Shown: positions 1-14,229, numbered from the stretch's first letter. The stretch: 64,000 nucleotides of DNA from Mobula hypostoma (GCF_963921235.1 NC_086097.1:177756001-177820000); one strand, 5' to 3'. Translations and numbers: made by a program. The notes: generated by a model not told the origin, from the letters alone.

Positions 1-744
1 TTCGGCCCATCATGTCATCTCGAGCACAATCCATTCAGTCCCATTCCTCCACTCTTTCTCCCTTGTAATGTAGATCCCAATTCCCTTTGCAAAGCTCTGG
101 TTAATTACTATAGGCAGTGAATTCCAGCTCCTAGCCAGTCCCTAACTATTGAAGAAATGCTTTCCTTCTCATTTTTCCATTTTTCTGTCACCCAGTCATA
201 AAATCATATGTCATGGAGAGTGGTCCATATATGGAACAAGCTATCAGAGGAAGTGGCAGAGTTGAATACAATTACAATGTATAAAAGACACAAATGGAAT
301 GGACCAAATGTGGGCAAATGGAGCTAGTGCAGCTTGGCACCTTAGTCAGCATGGACGAGTTGGGCCGAAGGGCTCTACGTCTTTATGCAATAGCCACCAC
401 TAAGTTTGAAATACGAAGTCCCCCTCACTTTAATTCTGAGCTCAAAACTAGACTCCCTTGCCCTGAGAAAGGGGCTTTGACTATCTCTCCTATCTGTGCC
501 TTTATGATTTTATAAGGCTCCATAAAGTCATCCATCAGCCTCCTACATTTCAGTGAGAATAGACACAGCCTCTCCAACATTCCCTTATTAACTACAGCCC
601 TCCAGGCAACGTCCTGCTGAATCTTTTCTGCACCCTCTCTACTGCTACCAGATCTTTGAAGCAACTGCTAATGAAGCAGTCTGTCCTTGCGATGGTCTGA
701 TTCCGAATGTGCATGCTCCTGTCTACTTCGACAGTGCCATGGTT

Positions 745-1460
745 GAGTGGGTTCCTAGGTGTGAACAACCCCAATAGCCTGACCTGACCCAACCACATTG
801 ATGTCACAGCCAAGAAAGCTCACCCACACCTCTATTTCATCAGAAGGCTAAAGAAATTTGGCTTGTCTCTTAAAATTGACTCATCAATTCCTATTGAGGC
901 ACCAGAGAAAACATTCTGTCTGGATGCATATGGCAACTGCTCTGCACGTGACCACAAGAAACTACAGAGAGTGGTTGATAGGGCTGAACACATCATAGGA
1001 ACCAGCCTCACCTCTATGGACCCAGTTTAGGGTTCTTCCTGCCATAGTAAAGCAGCCAGCATTATTAAAGACTGTACGCACCCTGGACATTCTCCCTTCT
1101 CCTCTCTCCCATTGGGCTGAAGATACAGAAATCTAAAAGCTCATACCACCAGACTCAAGAACCACTTCTATCCCACTGTTGTCAGATTCTTGAACTGACC
1201 TTGTACGATAAGATGGACTCTTGGCCTCACAGTCTACCTTGTTATGATCTTGCACTTCATCATTTACCTGTACTGCACACTTTCGGTAGCTTTTGCACTT
1301 TATTCTACATTGCTATTGTTTTACCTTACTCTAGCTTCTTATATGGTTATATATGGTCATATAGCTCAATACACTATGTAGTGACTTGATCTGTATGAAC
1401 AACATGCAAGGCAAGCTTTCCACTGTATCTTGTTACATATGATAATGATCCATTACCAAT
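745..1460 (+). mobile_element. Degenerate Rex1/Babar-like LINE 3' fragment
   Basis: Nucleotide similarity to the other Rex1-like copies (ttcctaggtgtgaac, gcagccagcattattaaagac, accagactcaagaac). Confidence 0.65.
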
Positions 1461-1779
1461 TATTCCTTCTCAATCTTCAGTCCCACCAGTTAGGGACATT
1501 ATTTGTTGACAAAACAGGTATCCCCAAAATATATAAATTATTAATGACTTTCAATCCCAGCAGGTACCTATAATTGGAGCCTTGGGTGGAGCTGTCTGCT
1601 ACAAAATTTTAAAACAGACATAGTTCATATTTTTCAGAGTTCACTATTAAGAGCATGGGGGATACAGGATTAACTGGTTGGAAGTTCCACTGATCAGGTA
1701 GAGGCACAATGGACTGAATTATCTCTTTCTACGATGTGGAATGGTAAAACAAATTTGAGTATCAACTCTGTGACCCCCT

Positions 1780-2170
1780 GAGTTTGGACCAGTGGGTGGT
1801 GGGGATCTCATTGAAACGTACAGAATATCTAAAGGCCTGGATAGAATGGACATGGGAGTAATTTACTTCAGCAGGAGAGTCTAGGATTTCAGAGTACAGC
1901 ATCAGAATAAGGGGACATCTCTTTAGAACTAAGATGAGGAGGAATTTCTTCAGCTAGAGGGTGGTGAATTTATGAGATTTGTTGTTGGCTGTTGGGGCTA
2001 AGTCATTGAGTGTACATAAGGTAGAGATTGCTACCGGTAAGGGGGCTTAAGAGATGTGAGGAGAAGGCAGGGAATGCGATTATAAAACTAACAGCCATGA
2101 ATGAATGATGGAAAAGACTTGATGGATCAGATGGCCTAATTCTGCTGGTATATTTTGTGATCTTATGATC
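1780..2170 (+). mobile_element. CR1 3' end fragment
   Basis: ggggatctcattgaaac...aatttcttcagctagagggtggtgaat...tcttatg tail; homologous to the 2950-3340 reverse complement. Confidence 0.75.
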
Positions 2171-2932
2171 AAACAAAGCGCAGGAATTAAAGGTTTTTGA
2201 AAGGGCATGGGAGTTCACTTGACAGATGACAGATTAGTTGTCTGGAAAAATACTGTGAGTCTCCAGATGGCAGATGTTGAGTTTAATACAACACTGATTT
2301 AAACGTGACGTGTCTGCATATGAATTTGACCAATTTGCACAGTCAGTGCATAGCACGGAATGTGTTCGTTACTGGCTGGGCTCGCTCTCATGGGCCTCAT
2401 TAGTACCTACATGATGAGTGCTCCGTCCACTCAGGTCAAACTCGGTAAAACTAATGCATGACTGCTACACCAAACAACCTGTCGCGGGAGACTGTGCTGA
2501 TATCAACCCAGTCGTGGGACAGCAGGTAGCAAGGAATCATGGACCTTGACAACAAGCATTATATAATTAAATCCAAAAAGTCTTGGACTCCTTCCAATCC
2601 AGAAGTTACATCAGAGTTATTAGAAGAACAGAGGGAAGCCTTGAAAACTGATGGGCTGCTTAAGATTGCTAGTATCTTGTCAAAGACTCACAGAATGCTC
2701 AAGCTTGAACTCAAATTGACATGATGACCATAAGAAATAGAAGCAAAATTAGACCATGCAGCCTATTGAGTCTGCCGCATTATTCAAACATAGCTGCTAT
2801 TTTTCTCAACCCCATTCTCCCACTTTCTCATTCTAATGATTAACCCCCTTACCAATCAAGTGTCTATCAATCTATGTCTTAATTACACCCAACGATTTGG
2901 CCTCCACAGCCCTCCGTGGCAAATAATTCCAT

Positions 2933-4731
2933 AGACCATAAGACCATAAGACAAAGGAGCAGAAGTAGGCCATTCAGCCCATCGAGTCTGCTCCGCCATT
3001 TTATCATGAGCTGATCCATTTTCTCCTATTTAGTCCCACTCCCCCGCCTTCTCACCATAACCTTTGATGCCCTGGCTACTCAGATACCTATCGATCTCTG
3101 CCTTAAATACACCCAATGACTTGGCCTCCACTGCTGCCCATGGCAACAAATTCCATAGATTCACCACCCTCTGACTAAAAAAATTTCTTCGCATTTCTGT
3201 TCTGAATGGGCGCCCTTCAATCCTTAAGTCATGCCCTCTTGTACTAGACTCCCCCATCATGGGAAACAACTTTGCCACATCCACTCTGTCTGTGCCTTTC
3301 AACATTCGAAATGTTTCTATAAGGTCTCCCCTCATTCTTCTAAACTCCAAGGAATACAGTCCAAGAGCGGACAAACGTTCCTCATATGTTAACCCTCTCA
3401 TTCCCGGAATCATTCTAGTGAATCTTCTCTGTACCCTCTCCAACGTCAGCACATCCTTTCTTAAATAAGGAGACCAAATCTACCCACAGTACTCCAGGTG
3501 AGGTCTCACCAGCGCCTTATAGAGCCTCAACATCACATCCCTGCTCCTATACTCTATTCCTCTAGAAATGAATGCCAACATTGCATTCGCCTTCTTCACT
3601 ACTGACTCAACCTGGAGGTTAACTTTAAGGGTATCCTGTACGAGGACTCCCAAGTCCCGTTGCATCTCAGAACTTTGAATTCTTTCCCCATTTAAATAAT
3701 AGTCTGCCCATTTATTTTTTCTGCCAAAGTGCATAACCATACACTTTCCAACATTGTACTTCATTTGCCACTTCTCTGCCCATTCTTCCAATCTATCCAA
3801 GTCTCTCTGCAGACTCTCCATTTCCTCAGCACTACCGGCCCCTCCACCTATCTTCGTATCGTCAGCAAACTTAGCCACAAAGCCATCTATTCCATAATCC
3901 AAATCGTTGATGTACAATGTAAAAAGAAGCGGCCCCCACACTGATCCCTGTGGAACACCACTGGTAACCAGCAGCCAACCAGAATAGGATCCCTTTATTC
4001 CCTCTCCCTGTTTCCTGCCAATCAGCCAACGCTCTATCCACGTATGTAACTTTCCCGTAATTCCATGGGCTCTTATCTTGTTAAGTAGCCTCATGTGTGG
4101 CACCTTGTCAAAGGCCTTCTGAAAATCCAAATATACAACATCCACTGCATCTCCCTTGTCTAGCCTACTGGTAATTTCCTCAAAAAATTGTAATAGGTTT
4201 GTCAGGCAAGATTTTCCTTTAAGGAATCCATGCTGAGTTCTGCCTATCTTGTCATATGCCTCCAGGTACTCTGTAACCTCATCCTTGACAATCGACTCCA
4301 ACAACTTCCCAACCACCGATGTCAAGCTAACAGGTCTATAATTTCCTTTTTGCTTCCTTGCCCCCTTCTTAAATAGCGGAGTGACATTTGCAATCTTCCA
4401 GTCTTCCGGAACCATGCCAGAATCTGTCGACTTTTGAAAGATCATTGCTAATGCCTCCGCAATCTCCACAGCTACTTCCTTCAGAACACGAGGGTGCATT
4501 CCATCTGGTCCAGGAGATTTATCTACCTTTAGCCTATTCAGCTTCCTGAGTACTTTCTCTGTCATAATTGTGACTGCGCACACTTCTCTTCCCTGCCACC
4601 CTTGAGTGTCCGGTATACTGCTGATGTCTTCCTCAGTGAAGACTGATGCAAAATACTCATTCAGTTCCTCTGCCATCTCCTCATCTCCCATTACAATTTC
4701 TCCGGCATCATTTTCTATCGGTCCTATATCT
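2933..4731 (-). mobile_element. Young 5'-truncated CR1 LINE (ORF2 RT and 3' end)
   Basis: ORFs 3480-4691 and 3030-3452 are in the same frame with one stop between them. Motifs [30 protein letters not shown]. Tail of (cttatggt)n type at 2933-2952. Inserted into an older CR1 3' fragment (about 2727-2932 and 4752-5075). Confidence 0.95.
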
Positions 4732-5823
4732 ATATCTATGATATACCTATATCATAGATTCCCTTTTCTCTGGCTGAAGTAATTCCTCACCATCTTAGTT
4801 TTAAAGGAATGTCTCTTTATTCTAAGGCTGGGTCCTCAGATCTTAGACACTCCTTCGACTGGAAACTACCTCTCCACATCCACTCTATCCAAGCTTTACA
4901 TTATCTGACAGGAGATTGCCCTGTTATCATTCTGAACTCCGTCGAATATCAGTCCAGCGACATAAAACGCTCCTCATACGTAAAGCCTTTCATTTCCATG
5001 ATTGTCATTGTGAACCTCCTCTGGACCATTTCCAAAAGCACATCCTCCTTAAATAGGGGCCCCAAAGTCGCTCGCAATGAATGTCGCTAATGTTGTGAAC
5101 ATCGATAAGTTACCGAGAAATTCAAAGTTCAAATAAACCAAAACTGTGACCTTCTTGGATTCTTCAAGTACCGAAACAAGAAATCCAAACATGAAACTGT
5201 GAGCTATTCATGGGATGGGAGTATCATTGACAAGGTAGATATTTATTGACCCATCACTAATTGTCCTTGAAGTGAGCGGCCTGCCGTATCACTGCAGAAT
5301 TGTTCTGGGCCAGGAGTCACATACAAGTTAGACTTCCTGAACGGGAACTAGATCATTTTCAGATTGTCACCATTAAAAAAAAGTTTTTTCATTCTAGATT
5401 TATTTAATTTTAAAAATTCCCACGTGCAGAAAGTAAAATTGAATTGGTAAATTGGTTTATTATTGACACACGTACCGTGGTGGGTTCAGGTGCATTGGAA
5501 GGTGGTGGGGTGATGGCATTCCATTCCACTTATGTTCAAAACGTGCATAGTATGTGTTACGCTCATCAGAATTGGATTTTCATTTGTCGACAATGTTGCC
5601 CGATTTTGTTTTGTAGCCTTTTATAGCATGTGTAAGCCCTGCCGCAACCGGATGCTGCTCTGCGACTTGATTTTGGACTGCTAGCGTCTCTTGACATCTG
5701 TGAAAACTCAATGGAGGTTGTATCTAAGTATTTTTTAATATGTGATGGTTAGCTTATTTGAACACCGCAGTCCTGGACTTCAGTAGGGAGTATATCTCGT
5801 GGTTCATCCACGGTTTCTATGTT

Positions 5824-6960
5824 AGAATCAGAATCAGGTTTAATAACACCGGCATGTGTAGTGAAATCTGTAACTTTACAGTAGTAATACAATGAAATCC
5901 ATGATAAATAGAGGAAAAAACTGAGTTACATTAAGTATACGTATGTTCATTAAATAGCTAAGTAAAAGTAAGTAGTGCAAAATGACAGAAGTAAAAAGTA
6001 ATGAGGTAGTATCTGTTTAGAAATTGAATGGCAGAGGGGGAAAAGCTGTTCCTGAATTGCTGAGTATGTGCCTTCAGGCACATGTGTTTCCTTCCCGACC
6101 ATAACAGATAGCGATTCCTAAGGCACCGCTCCTTGAAGATGTCTTGGATACGATGGAGAGCTGACTAATATTTGCAAGTTTCTGAAACTTACTTCAATCT
6201 TTTGCAGTAGCCTCCCCCAACCCCCCTTACCAGACAGTGATGTAGCCAGTCAGAATGCTCTCCTCAGTAGATATGTAGAAGTTTTCGACTGTTTTAGTTG
6301 ACAAACCAAATCTCCTCAAACTTCTAATAAAATATAGCCGCTGTCTTGCCTTCTTTATTGCTGCATCGATATGTTGTGTCCAGGTTGGATCCTCAAGATC
6401 CTGACACCCAGGAACTTGAAATTGCTCGCTCTCTCCACTTCTGATCCCTCCAGGGGGATTGGTTTGTGTTCTCTCGTCTTATCCTTCCTGAAGTCCACAA
6501 TCAGCTCTTTGGTCTTGCTGACGTTGAGTGCCAGGTTGTTGCTGCAACACCACTCAACTAACTGGCATATCTTGCTCCCGTACGGCTTTTCGTCACCAGC
6601 TGAAACTCTGCCAACAATAGTTGTATCATCAGCAAATTTATAGATGGCCACATAGTCATGGGTTTAGAGACAGTAGAGCAGTGGGTTAAGCACATATCCC
6701 TGTGGATAATTGTCAGCAAGGTGGGAATGTTATTTCCAATCCGCTTAGATTGTGGTCTTCCAGTTAGGAGCTCAAGGAACCAGCTGCAGAGGGAGGTAAA
6801 GAGGGCTAAATTTTATAGTTTTTCGATCAGGACTGTAGAAATGATGGTGCTAAATGCTGAGCTATAGTCAATAAACAGCATCCAGACATAGGTATTTGCA
6901 TTGTCCAGGTGATCCAAGGCTGTGTGGAAGAGCCATTGAGATCACAATGTTGTTGACATT
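5824..6960 (-). mobile_element. Rex1/Babar-like LINE 3' fragment
   Basis: YKFADDTTIVG and [19 protein letters not shown] motifs; (tgattc)n tail at about 5824-5836. Confidence 0.8.
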
Positions 6961-8542
6961 GCTCAGTACGCCTAGAGCCTGTTTGACATTACCCTGAGGT
7001 GGAATGTACGCCGCTACCAAAATGATCGCTGAAATCCCCTGTAGGCAGGTAAAATTGCCGGCTATTAATTGCGATGTGATCCAGGTCTGGTGAGCAATAT
7101 CTGGACGTCACCAGCACCAGATCATGAGGCATATCTTCCATGTTCACATTAACTTAAATTAACATAAATTATGCATAACACACACATTTTAAAATGTATT
7201 TTAATTAGAGATACAGCACAAAATAGGCCTTTCCAAACCTTTGAACCACACCACCAGCAATTCACTGATTTAAACCTAACCTAATCACAGGACGATTAAC
7301 TAACTAATTTTCTGTGGTATTTCTATGCAATGTTTACAGATTCACCATCCTATCCTGGTGCATCATAGTGGCAACTACTCTGCTCGAAACCATACAGAGT
7401 TGTGAATTCAGTTTGACATATCCCAGAAACGAACGCCCTTCCATGGGCTTTGCCTACACTTTTCACCGCCTTGGGAAAGCAGTCAACATAATCAAAGGCA
7501 CCACAAATGAAGGTTTTGATCTGAAAGGTCGACTGTTTATTTCCAATGTTTCCTGACCTGCTGAATTCCTCCAACTCTTTTGTGTCCTGTATCAGAAGAA
7601 GGTCCATGTCCTGGTTATTTTTGGACTTGAATGACTTCCATCTTCTACCACACACAAATTAAGACCATTTACTGGTTCTCACCTGTGCTCACTGACCTAC
7701 AGCGACTCCTTGTTGCGCCTTAGTTTTAAAACCTCTTTACAATCCTCCTCCTTGTTTTACATCCCTTTGTGGCCTCACCCTTTCACTTTCACTCCAACCT
7801 CTTCCTGATGCTTTCCGAGATCTGTGTTCTTCCATTTCTGCCCTGACATTTTAATTGCCCAAGCTCTGGAAAGAGGGGATGGGTCAGCACCCGAAAGAAA
7901 AGAATGGTGAGTGGGACCAAATGGGCTTTTCTTGGAAGGAGCAAGTGACCTCCATTGCTGTAGGTATTCTTTTTCCCCTCCTTCCCCACCTTTTAAATCT
8001 ACCCCTCAGCTTTTCTACTCTAATCCTGCCACAGGGTTCGGCCCGAAATGTCGACTGTACTCTTTTCCTAGATGCTACCTGGCCTGCTGAGTTCCTCCAG
8101 AATTTTGTGTGTGTGTCACGCTTTAATTACGGTGATTGTTGCTTTGCTGTTGGCTGCTGCATCTTACTATCACAATAGAGACTCCACTTGTAAATGTGTT
8201 CAGTGTCAATACAGTCCTTCAGGATGTCCTGAGATCATAGCAACAGATCACAAGGGAGAAGGAAATCGCATTTAGCCCCCACCAGAGCACTAGGAATGCA
8301 AAGCTTCAAACTGCTACATCTTTGGTCTCCAGGGAGCACAGCCATCACTTCACATCTAACTACCTTTTCATTGTCTCTGCATTAATATCCTTCAAACCGA
8401 TCCTGATGAAGTAACCACTTCAAGGTCAGATTTAACTCAAAACATTTAATTTTTAATTAAAGGAAGTCTCGATCTCTCTGTGAAATTAAGTCCAAAGAAT
8501 CCAAAAATCTGGTAATATTTTTCAAAATTTCCTCGTGATATT

Positions 8543-8943
8543 CATAGTCATAGTCATACTTTATTGATCCCGGGGGAAATTGGTTTTCGTTACAGTTGCA
8601 CCATAAATTAATTAGTAATAAAACCATAAACAATTAAATAGTAATATGTAAATTATGCCAGGAAATAAGTCCAGGACCAGCCTATTGGCTCAGGGTGTCT
8701 GACCCTCCAAGGGAGGAGTTGTAAAGTTTGATGGCCACAGGCAGGAATGACTTCCTATGACGCTCTGTGTTGCATCTCGGTGGAATGAGTCTCTGGCTGA
8801 ATGTACTCCTGTGCCCACCCAGTACATTATGTCATTATGTAGTGGATGGGAGACATTGACCAAGATGGCATGCAACTTAGACAGCATCCTCTTTTCAGAC
8901 ACCACCGTGAGAGACTCCAGTTCCATCCCCACAACATCACTGG
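8543..8943 (-). mobile_element. Short LINE 3' fragment (different Rex1-like subfamily)
   Basis: VVGMELESLTVVSEKRMLSKLHAILVNVSHPLH; (tatgac)n tail at 8543-8558. Confidence 0.6.
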
Positions 8944-11900
8944 TGATGTGGTCACTTTGAGCAGGTATGCCTTTAGGTAGAGGTCGTGCATAAGCCACTG
9001 AAGTTCTAGAACATAGAAGAGTACAGGATAGGAACAGGCCCCTCAGCTTATATTGTAATTTATAGTTATTGTACTGCTGCTGCAAAACATCCAATTTCAC
9101 AGCACATGCCAGTCATATTAAACGTGATTCTGATTTAAAGTTTTATACAGCCCCAAGATTCAAGATGCAAAGTACATTTACTATCAACGTATGTATGCAG
9201 TACACAACCCTGAAATTCATCCTCTCCTCAGACAGTCCCAAAACGAAGAACCATGGAACCAACCCGTTCAACGAAAACATCAGCATCAAACCCGGCCCCC
9301 CACTTGCAAAAAAAGTGGTGCAAGCAGCAATAAAAACAACAGGCGAAAATCACAAAATCAAAAGGGATATTTCTGTCCAATTCAGCTCAGTGTTCATTAT
9401 CTGCAGGCCGCGCAAGCCTGAGTTTAAAAAATCGCCCAGAAGTAGTAGCAAAAGTGAGTGACCAGAGCTAGAACACACCATAAACCAGAGTTAGAGTCCA
9501 AATCTACAATCCGTGTCCATTAAACCTTGCTCCGGCACCACCTGCTGACAGTACTGAGGGAGAGAGAGATCACTCAAACACAAGGAGCTTCCTTCAAGAG
9601 CAGCGACAGAGAGAGTGTAATAGACCACCACACGCAGACACCTCCTCCGGCAGCAAGTGGGGGGCCGGAAGATGGCACAACACTCTCTCGCCTTCCGCAC
9701 TTGCCTCGGTGATTTCAGTCTCCTCGGCGCTTTGACCGGCGAGAGATGGAATCGATCACGGGCTCACGCCCCACCTACTGGCTTCCTGGCCTCCATGCCC
9801 TATGCTTTGGTCGCAGCCTGCTGGAGCACCCTCAGAGATGGCAAAGCGCCAGATCGCCCAATTGGCCCGAAGTCACGCTGTAGACTATAGGATGTAGATG
9901 ACAGGCTCTAACAGTAACAGAACCATATCTGAAATAAAAAGATGTAGAAGAAGTGAAAGGAATTGCTTCATGACCCATCTTGAGGATGTCACCTTTGGAA
10001 GCATTAATAGCTGATGCCATCTTCTCCTTGGTGTTCCTGTCCGTTATATTCAGTGCCCCGCCAGATGAAGACAAGTGTGCCATATGCCTTAGTTACCGCC
10101 CCATCCACTTGTGTTGGCATCTAGTGAAGGTGCTACCATCATGCTGTTGGACAGGGAGTAAGGATGCAAGAATGTCAGGAGCAGGAGCAGGCTATTTGGC
10201 CCTTTACGATTATGGCTCTATCTTTTCTCAGTGTCCCTTTGTAATAGGTTTACTATTGTCATGTGTACCAAGATACAGTGGAAAAATTTAGTTTTACAAG
10301 CAATCTATAGATATCATTAAAAAAATGCACCTCGAGGTGGTAGAAGGAAAAAGCAGCAACAAAATATAGAATCTAGTGTTACCGTTACAGAGAAAGTGCA
10401 GGCAGACAATAAGGTACAAGGCCATGATGAGTTAGATTGTGTGGTTAAAAGGTCATGTTATTGTACTGGAGGACCTTTCAATAGTTCTGTAACATCAGGA
10501 GGGACGCTGTCCTTGAGGCTGCTGGTATGTGCTTTTAGGTATTGGCATCTTCAGCTCACTGGGAGGGATGAGAAGAGAGAATGTTCGAGGTGGATGGGGT
10601 CTTTAATTATGTTGGCAGCTTTACCGAGGCAGCATGTATAGACAGAGTCCACGGAGGGTATGCTGTTTTGTGTGATTAACCGAGCCGTGTCCACAATGCT
10701 CTGCAGTTCTCATCACTTCCCTCATATCACTCAATGCTCAAAAATCTGCCTTGAATACACACAGTAGCCGAAGCTGCACAGCTCTTGGGGCAAGGGTTTC
10801 AAATGCTCACTGATCCCTTATCACAAGACTCATGTTTCTACAGCCCTCCAGCCAGGGCAAACACCTTCCCTGTCAAGCCTTGTGATAATTCAATGAGATC
10901 ATCTCTGATTAGTATAGACTCTACTGGATAGGGAGTTACTGATCACAGTTCTAAACCAGACCTTCACCCAACTGAGTCCATGTTGGGCATTAACCATCCA
11001 TTCACTCTTCATCTAACCAACTACCCCCGGATTCTCCCACCTCCCTACACACCAGGCATGGTTTACAAGCACCAGTTAATGTTCAACCCACAGGCCTTTG
11101 TGATGTGGGAGGAAACCAGAGCACTCATTCACAGAACGTGCAAACTCCACACAGACAGTGCCAGGGTCAGGATCGAACTCAGGCTGTTCTAGTTGCAAGG
11201 CAGCAGCTCTACCAGCTGTGCCATTGTGCTGCCTAAGATAGGGCCCTGCCTGTTTACCCTCTTCTTAATGGACAATTCCTAGATAAAACCATAAGATATA
11301 GGTGAGGTTTAGAGGGCTGAGGGCTAAATGTGGACAAATGTGGCTAGCTCACTCGGCAACACGGTCGATGTGAAGCTGTTGGGCTGAAGGGCCTGTTTCT
11401 ATGCTATGTATGACTCTGGTAGGCTGAAATGAGATCCACCCCACCCCCCAACCCTTCTGAACTCCATCGAGTACGGGCCCAGAGACATGCAATGTTCCTC
11501 ATACTTTCATTCCTGAGATCATTCTTGTGAACCTCCTCTTGACCCTGTCCAGGAGTCATCTCAGGAGTTAACCTGGTGATCCCTTTGTTTCCTTCCTCCT
11601 AGAGTGAGTACATCCTTCCTCAGGTAAAAAGAACAATTTGGACCCAGCAACAACGAAGGAATGGCAACATATTTCCAGATCTTGAGCGTGTGTGTCTTGG
11701 TGGGGAACCTGAAAGTGGTGGAGCTACCAAGCAACGCTTGCCCTTGCCCATCTCTGAATTGAAGGTCACAGGCTATGGAACTGAACAGAATATAATGTCC
11801 TGATCAGCTTGCTGGTCTATATTAACACAGTGAAATCATTTAACTGAAAGGTCATGTTTGAAACCTAAGTAAGCCAGAAAATATCTCCCACAGATAATTT

Positions 11901-12374
11901 CCAGTTTCCATCTGTGGAAGTAAGTGAAGCAATAACAGCTTGCACCTATTGCAGCTTGATAATAGCCGATTTCTGATCATACAATTTGAGTAATTTCACA
12001 TAATTCCTCAAACACAACTCCGCAAGTTTCACTTGTCTCACCTCCCTGTGAGGAAGTATCAGCTTTCATCCAAGACTGAAAAGAGTGAATGTCTATTTGG
12101 AAAACGCCCTGAACATTCGTCGATTCTTGGTCGACTATAATGTCAAGCAGAACTGAGCTATAACCCATGCCTTTTACAACTCATGTCCATCAGTGGAGTG
12201 GAAGGCAAATTATAAAAAGGCATTAGCAGAGAAAAGTTATACAAATTTTTAACCAAAGTATTGACACCTTTGCTCAACCAGTAAAGGCTGTAAAGTTGGG
12301 GGTTAAATTAAAGTTTACCAACCCTCAAATGGTGCTCAGAGATGACCTCCACACGCATAATTTTTATCTATTTA

Positions 12375-12630
12375 TTGAGATAAGGGCTTCTGGCCCTTCA
12401 AGCCACACTGCCCCGATTTAATTCTAGCCTAATCATGAGACAATTTACAGTGACCAATGAACCCATCAACTGGTAGGTTTTTGGAGTGTGGGAGGAAACT
12501 GGAGCACTCGGAGGAAACCCACGCAGTCATAGGGAGAACGTATGAACTCCTTACAGACAGCAGCGGGAATTGAACCCACAATGCCTGTGACATAAAGCAT
12601 TGTGCTAACTGTGCTACTGTGCTGCCCCAT
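12375..12630 (-). mobile_element. tRNA-derived SINE (V-SINE/HE1-like)
   Basis: The minus strand begins ggggcagcacagtagcacag (A box) ... gggttcaattccc (B box), followed by the central gttctccctatgactgcgtgggtttcctccgagtgctcc domain. Degenerate relatives at about 10950-11235, 52590-52705 and 58130-58300. Confidence 0.72.
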
Positions 12631-13687
12631 GTAATGTGTGTTAATTTAAGTAACTTTTGACAGTTCAATTACATCACATCCTCCGGCAGTCTGTTCTGTT
12701 AATCAGACCCCCCACAAAAAAAAACACTCAGACAGATTTGTCAGATTATAGGTTCCCTTCTTTGCTGGATCTGCCCAACTGCAGAATCAAAATCCGATTT
12801 ATTATCATCGACTGTAATGAAATTTGTTGTTTTATGACAGCAGAAGAGTGTGAGGCATAAGATTGCTCCAAGTTAGAAAGGGAAATAAATAGCACAAAAA
12901 AGGAATAAGGATGTCATGATAAACACAGGAGATTTTGCAGGTACTGGTAATCTTGGGTAGCACATAAAATGCTGGAGGAACTCAGCAGGTCAGGCAGCAT
13001 CTATGGAGGAGAATGAACAGTTAATATTTTGGGCCAAGACACTCACTAGAACAGGAAAGAAAGAGACAGAAACCAGAATAAGACACTTCAGAAATCCCAT
13101 GGTAGAGGGGAGGAAACTGTTCCTGAATTGTTGAGTGTAGGTGGGTCTTCAGGCTCCTGTGCCTTCTGCCCAGTGTTAACAATGAAGCGAGGGCATATCC
13201 CAAATAGCGACATTCCTTGGTGATGGATGTTGCCTTTTTTGAGGTACTGCCCCTTGAAAATGTCCTCAGTGGTGGGGTGTGTGATTCTTCGTCAGGATGG
13301 TACACACTTTCTACACCCAGCCTGAGCAGATCCCTGCGGATCTGCTTTATTGAATTCTGCCCTTCCTTCTCCAAACTGTGGTGGATACAAGCCTGACCTG
13401 TCCTACCTTCCTTCAAAAGAAACTTATTCCAGTTGTCACTCCAGTGAACCTTCTCTGTGCTGTTTCCTACACATGAACATCCTAAATTAAAGAGACCAGC
13501 AGTACACAGTATCATTGAGCTCTAACATTTGTGTGTGTGTCTGCGTAAGACCATAAGACAATAGCAGAGTTAGGACATTCAGTCTATACAGTGTGCACTT
13601 CCATTCCATGATTGCCGATTAATGTTTCCCTCTCATCCTCATTCTCCTAGCTTCTCCCCACAGACTTTGACGGGTAACAGACCTTGC

Positions 13688-13910
13688 TGTGAGTATGTGT
13701 TTGCTCTTGTGTGTGTACCCGTAACTGTGTGTGTGCGTGTGCTTGTGTGTGGAAGTGCATGTAGGAGTGTGCAAGAGAATGTGTGAGAATGCGAGGAAGA
13801 TGTGTGTGACTGTGCATGTTCGTGTGTGTGCTTTTGACAGTGATTATGTGTGTGAGGGAGAGTTGCCAGTTCGTGCTCGAGATTGTGTGTGTATGTGTAA
13901 GTGTGTACGT
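13688..13910. repeat. Degenerate (GT)n low-complexity tract
   Basis: Repeated tgtgtg motifs, which give rise to spurious His/Thr- and Cys/Val-rich ORFs. Confidence 0.85.
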
Positions 13911-13929
13911 AAATTTGAACCACATCTGC

Positions 13930-14140
13930 ATTAGTATTAAGGTGAGGGGAGGGGAGAAATTATCTACATGTGTGGTGCATGTGCGTCTCCGTTACTTTGT
14001 GTTCATAGCTCCTGATGCGGGAAGCGTGCTTCCCAAGGGCGGGTCTAATTGTGATCCGCCTTATTTATTCAGAGCTTGCTCGGGGGGCGGTTGGAGACCG
14101 TTCTCTCTCTCTCACCTTATTAAAGAGAGAGTTTGCGACA
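13930..14140 (+). promoter_or_regulatory. Putative promoter/5' region for the candidate first exon
   Basis: Locally CpG-rich unique sequence with two GC boxes (GGGCGG at about 14037 and about 14085), short inverted repeats and a CT tract upstream of ATG 14141. Confidence 0.4.
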
Positions 14141-14229
14141 ATGCAGTACTCGGCACAACGACGCGAGCTCTCTTTCCACTCACTGTCCGTCGTCTCGCCA
14201 GATTCTTCCTCACTTTCACCAACATCAAG
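14141..14229 (+). CDS. aqp4: Candidate aqp4 first coding exon (long N-terminal isoform, MQYSAQRRELSFHSLSVVSPDSSSLSPTS-S)
   Basis: ATG with A at -3 in non-repeat, CpG-rich sequence. 89 nt (29 codons plus 2) to an AAG|gtattt donor. Phase 2 matches the 53895 acceptor (AG+C = Ser). No recognisable homology to the mammalian M1 exon. Confidence 0.5.

Noticed and set aside
8402..8430. CTGATGA as another hammerhead core
   Set aside because: There is no downstream GAAA or stem II/III arrangement.
9150..10000. Cluster of short ORFs in a CpG-richer segment
   Set aside because: No domain or splice structure is recognisable. It looks like an unclassified interspersed repeat, which I cannot name.
11880..11925. 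Strong donor tggaa|gtaagt as an alternative aqp4 first exon
   Set aside because: In the phase-2 frame there is an upstream TAA and no ATG. It could only be a non-coding exon and I have no support for that.
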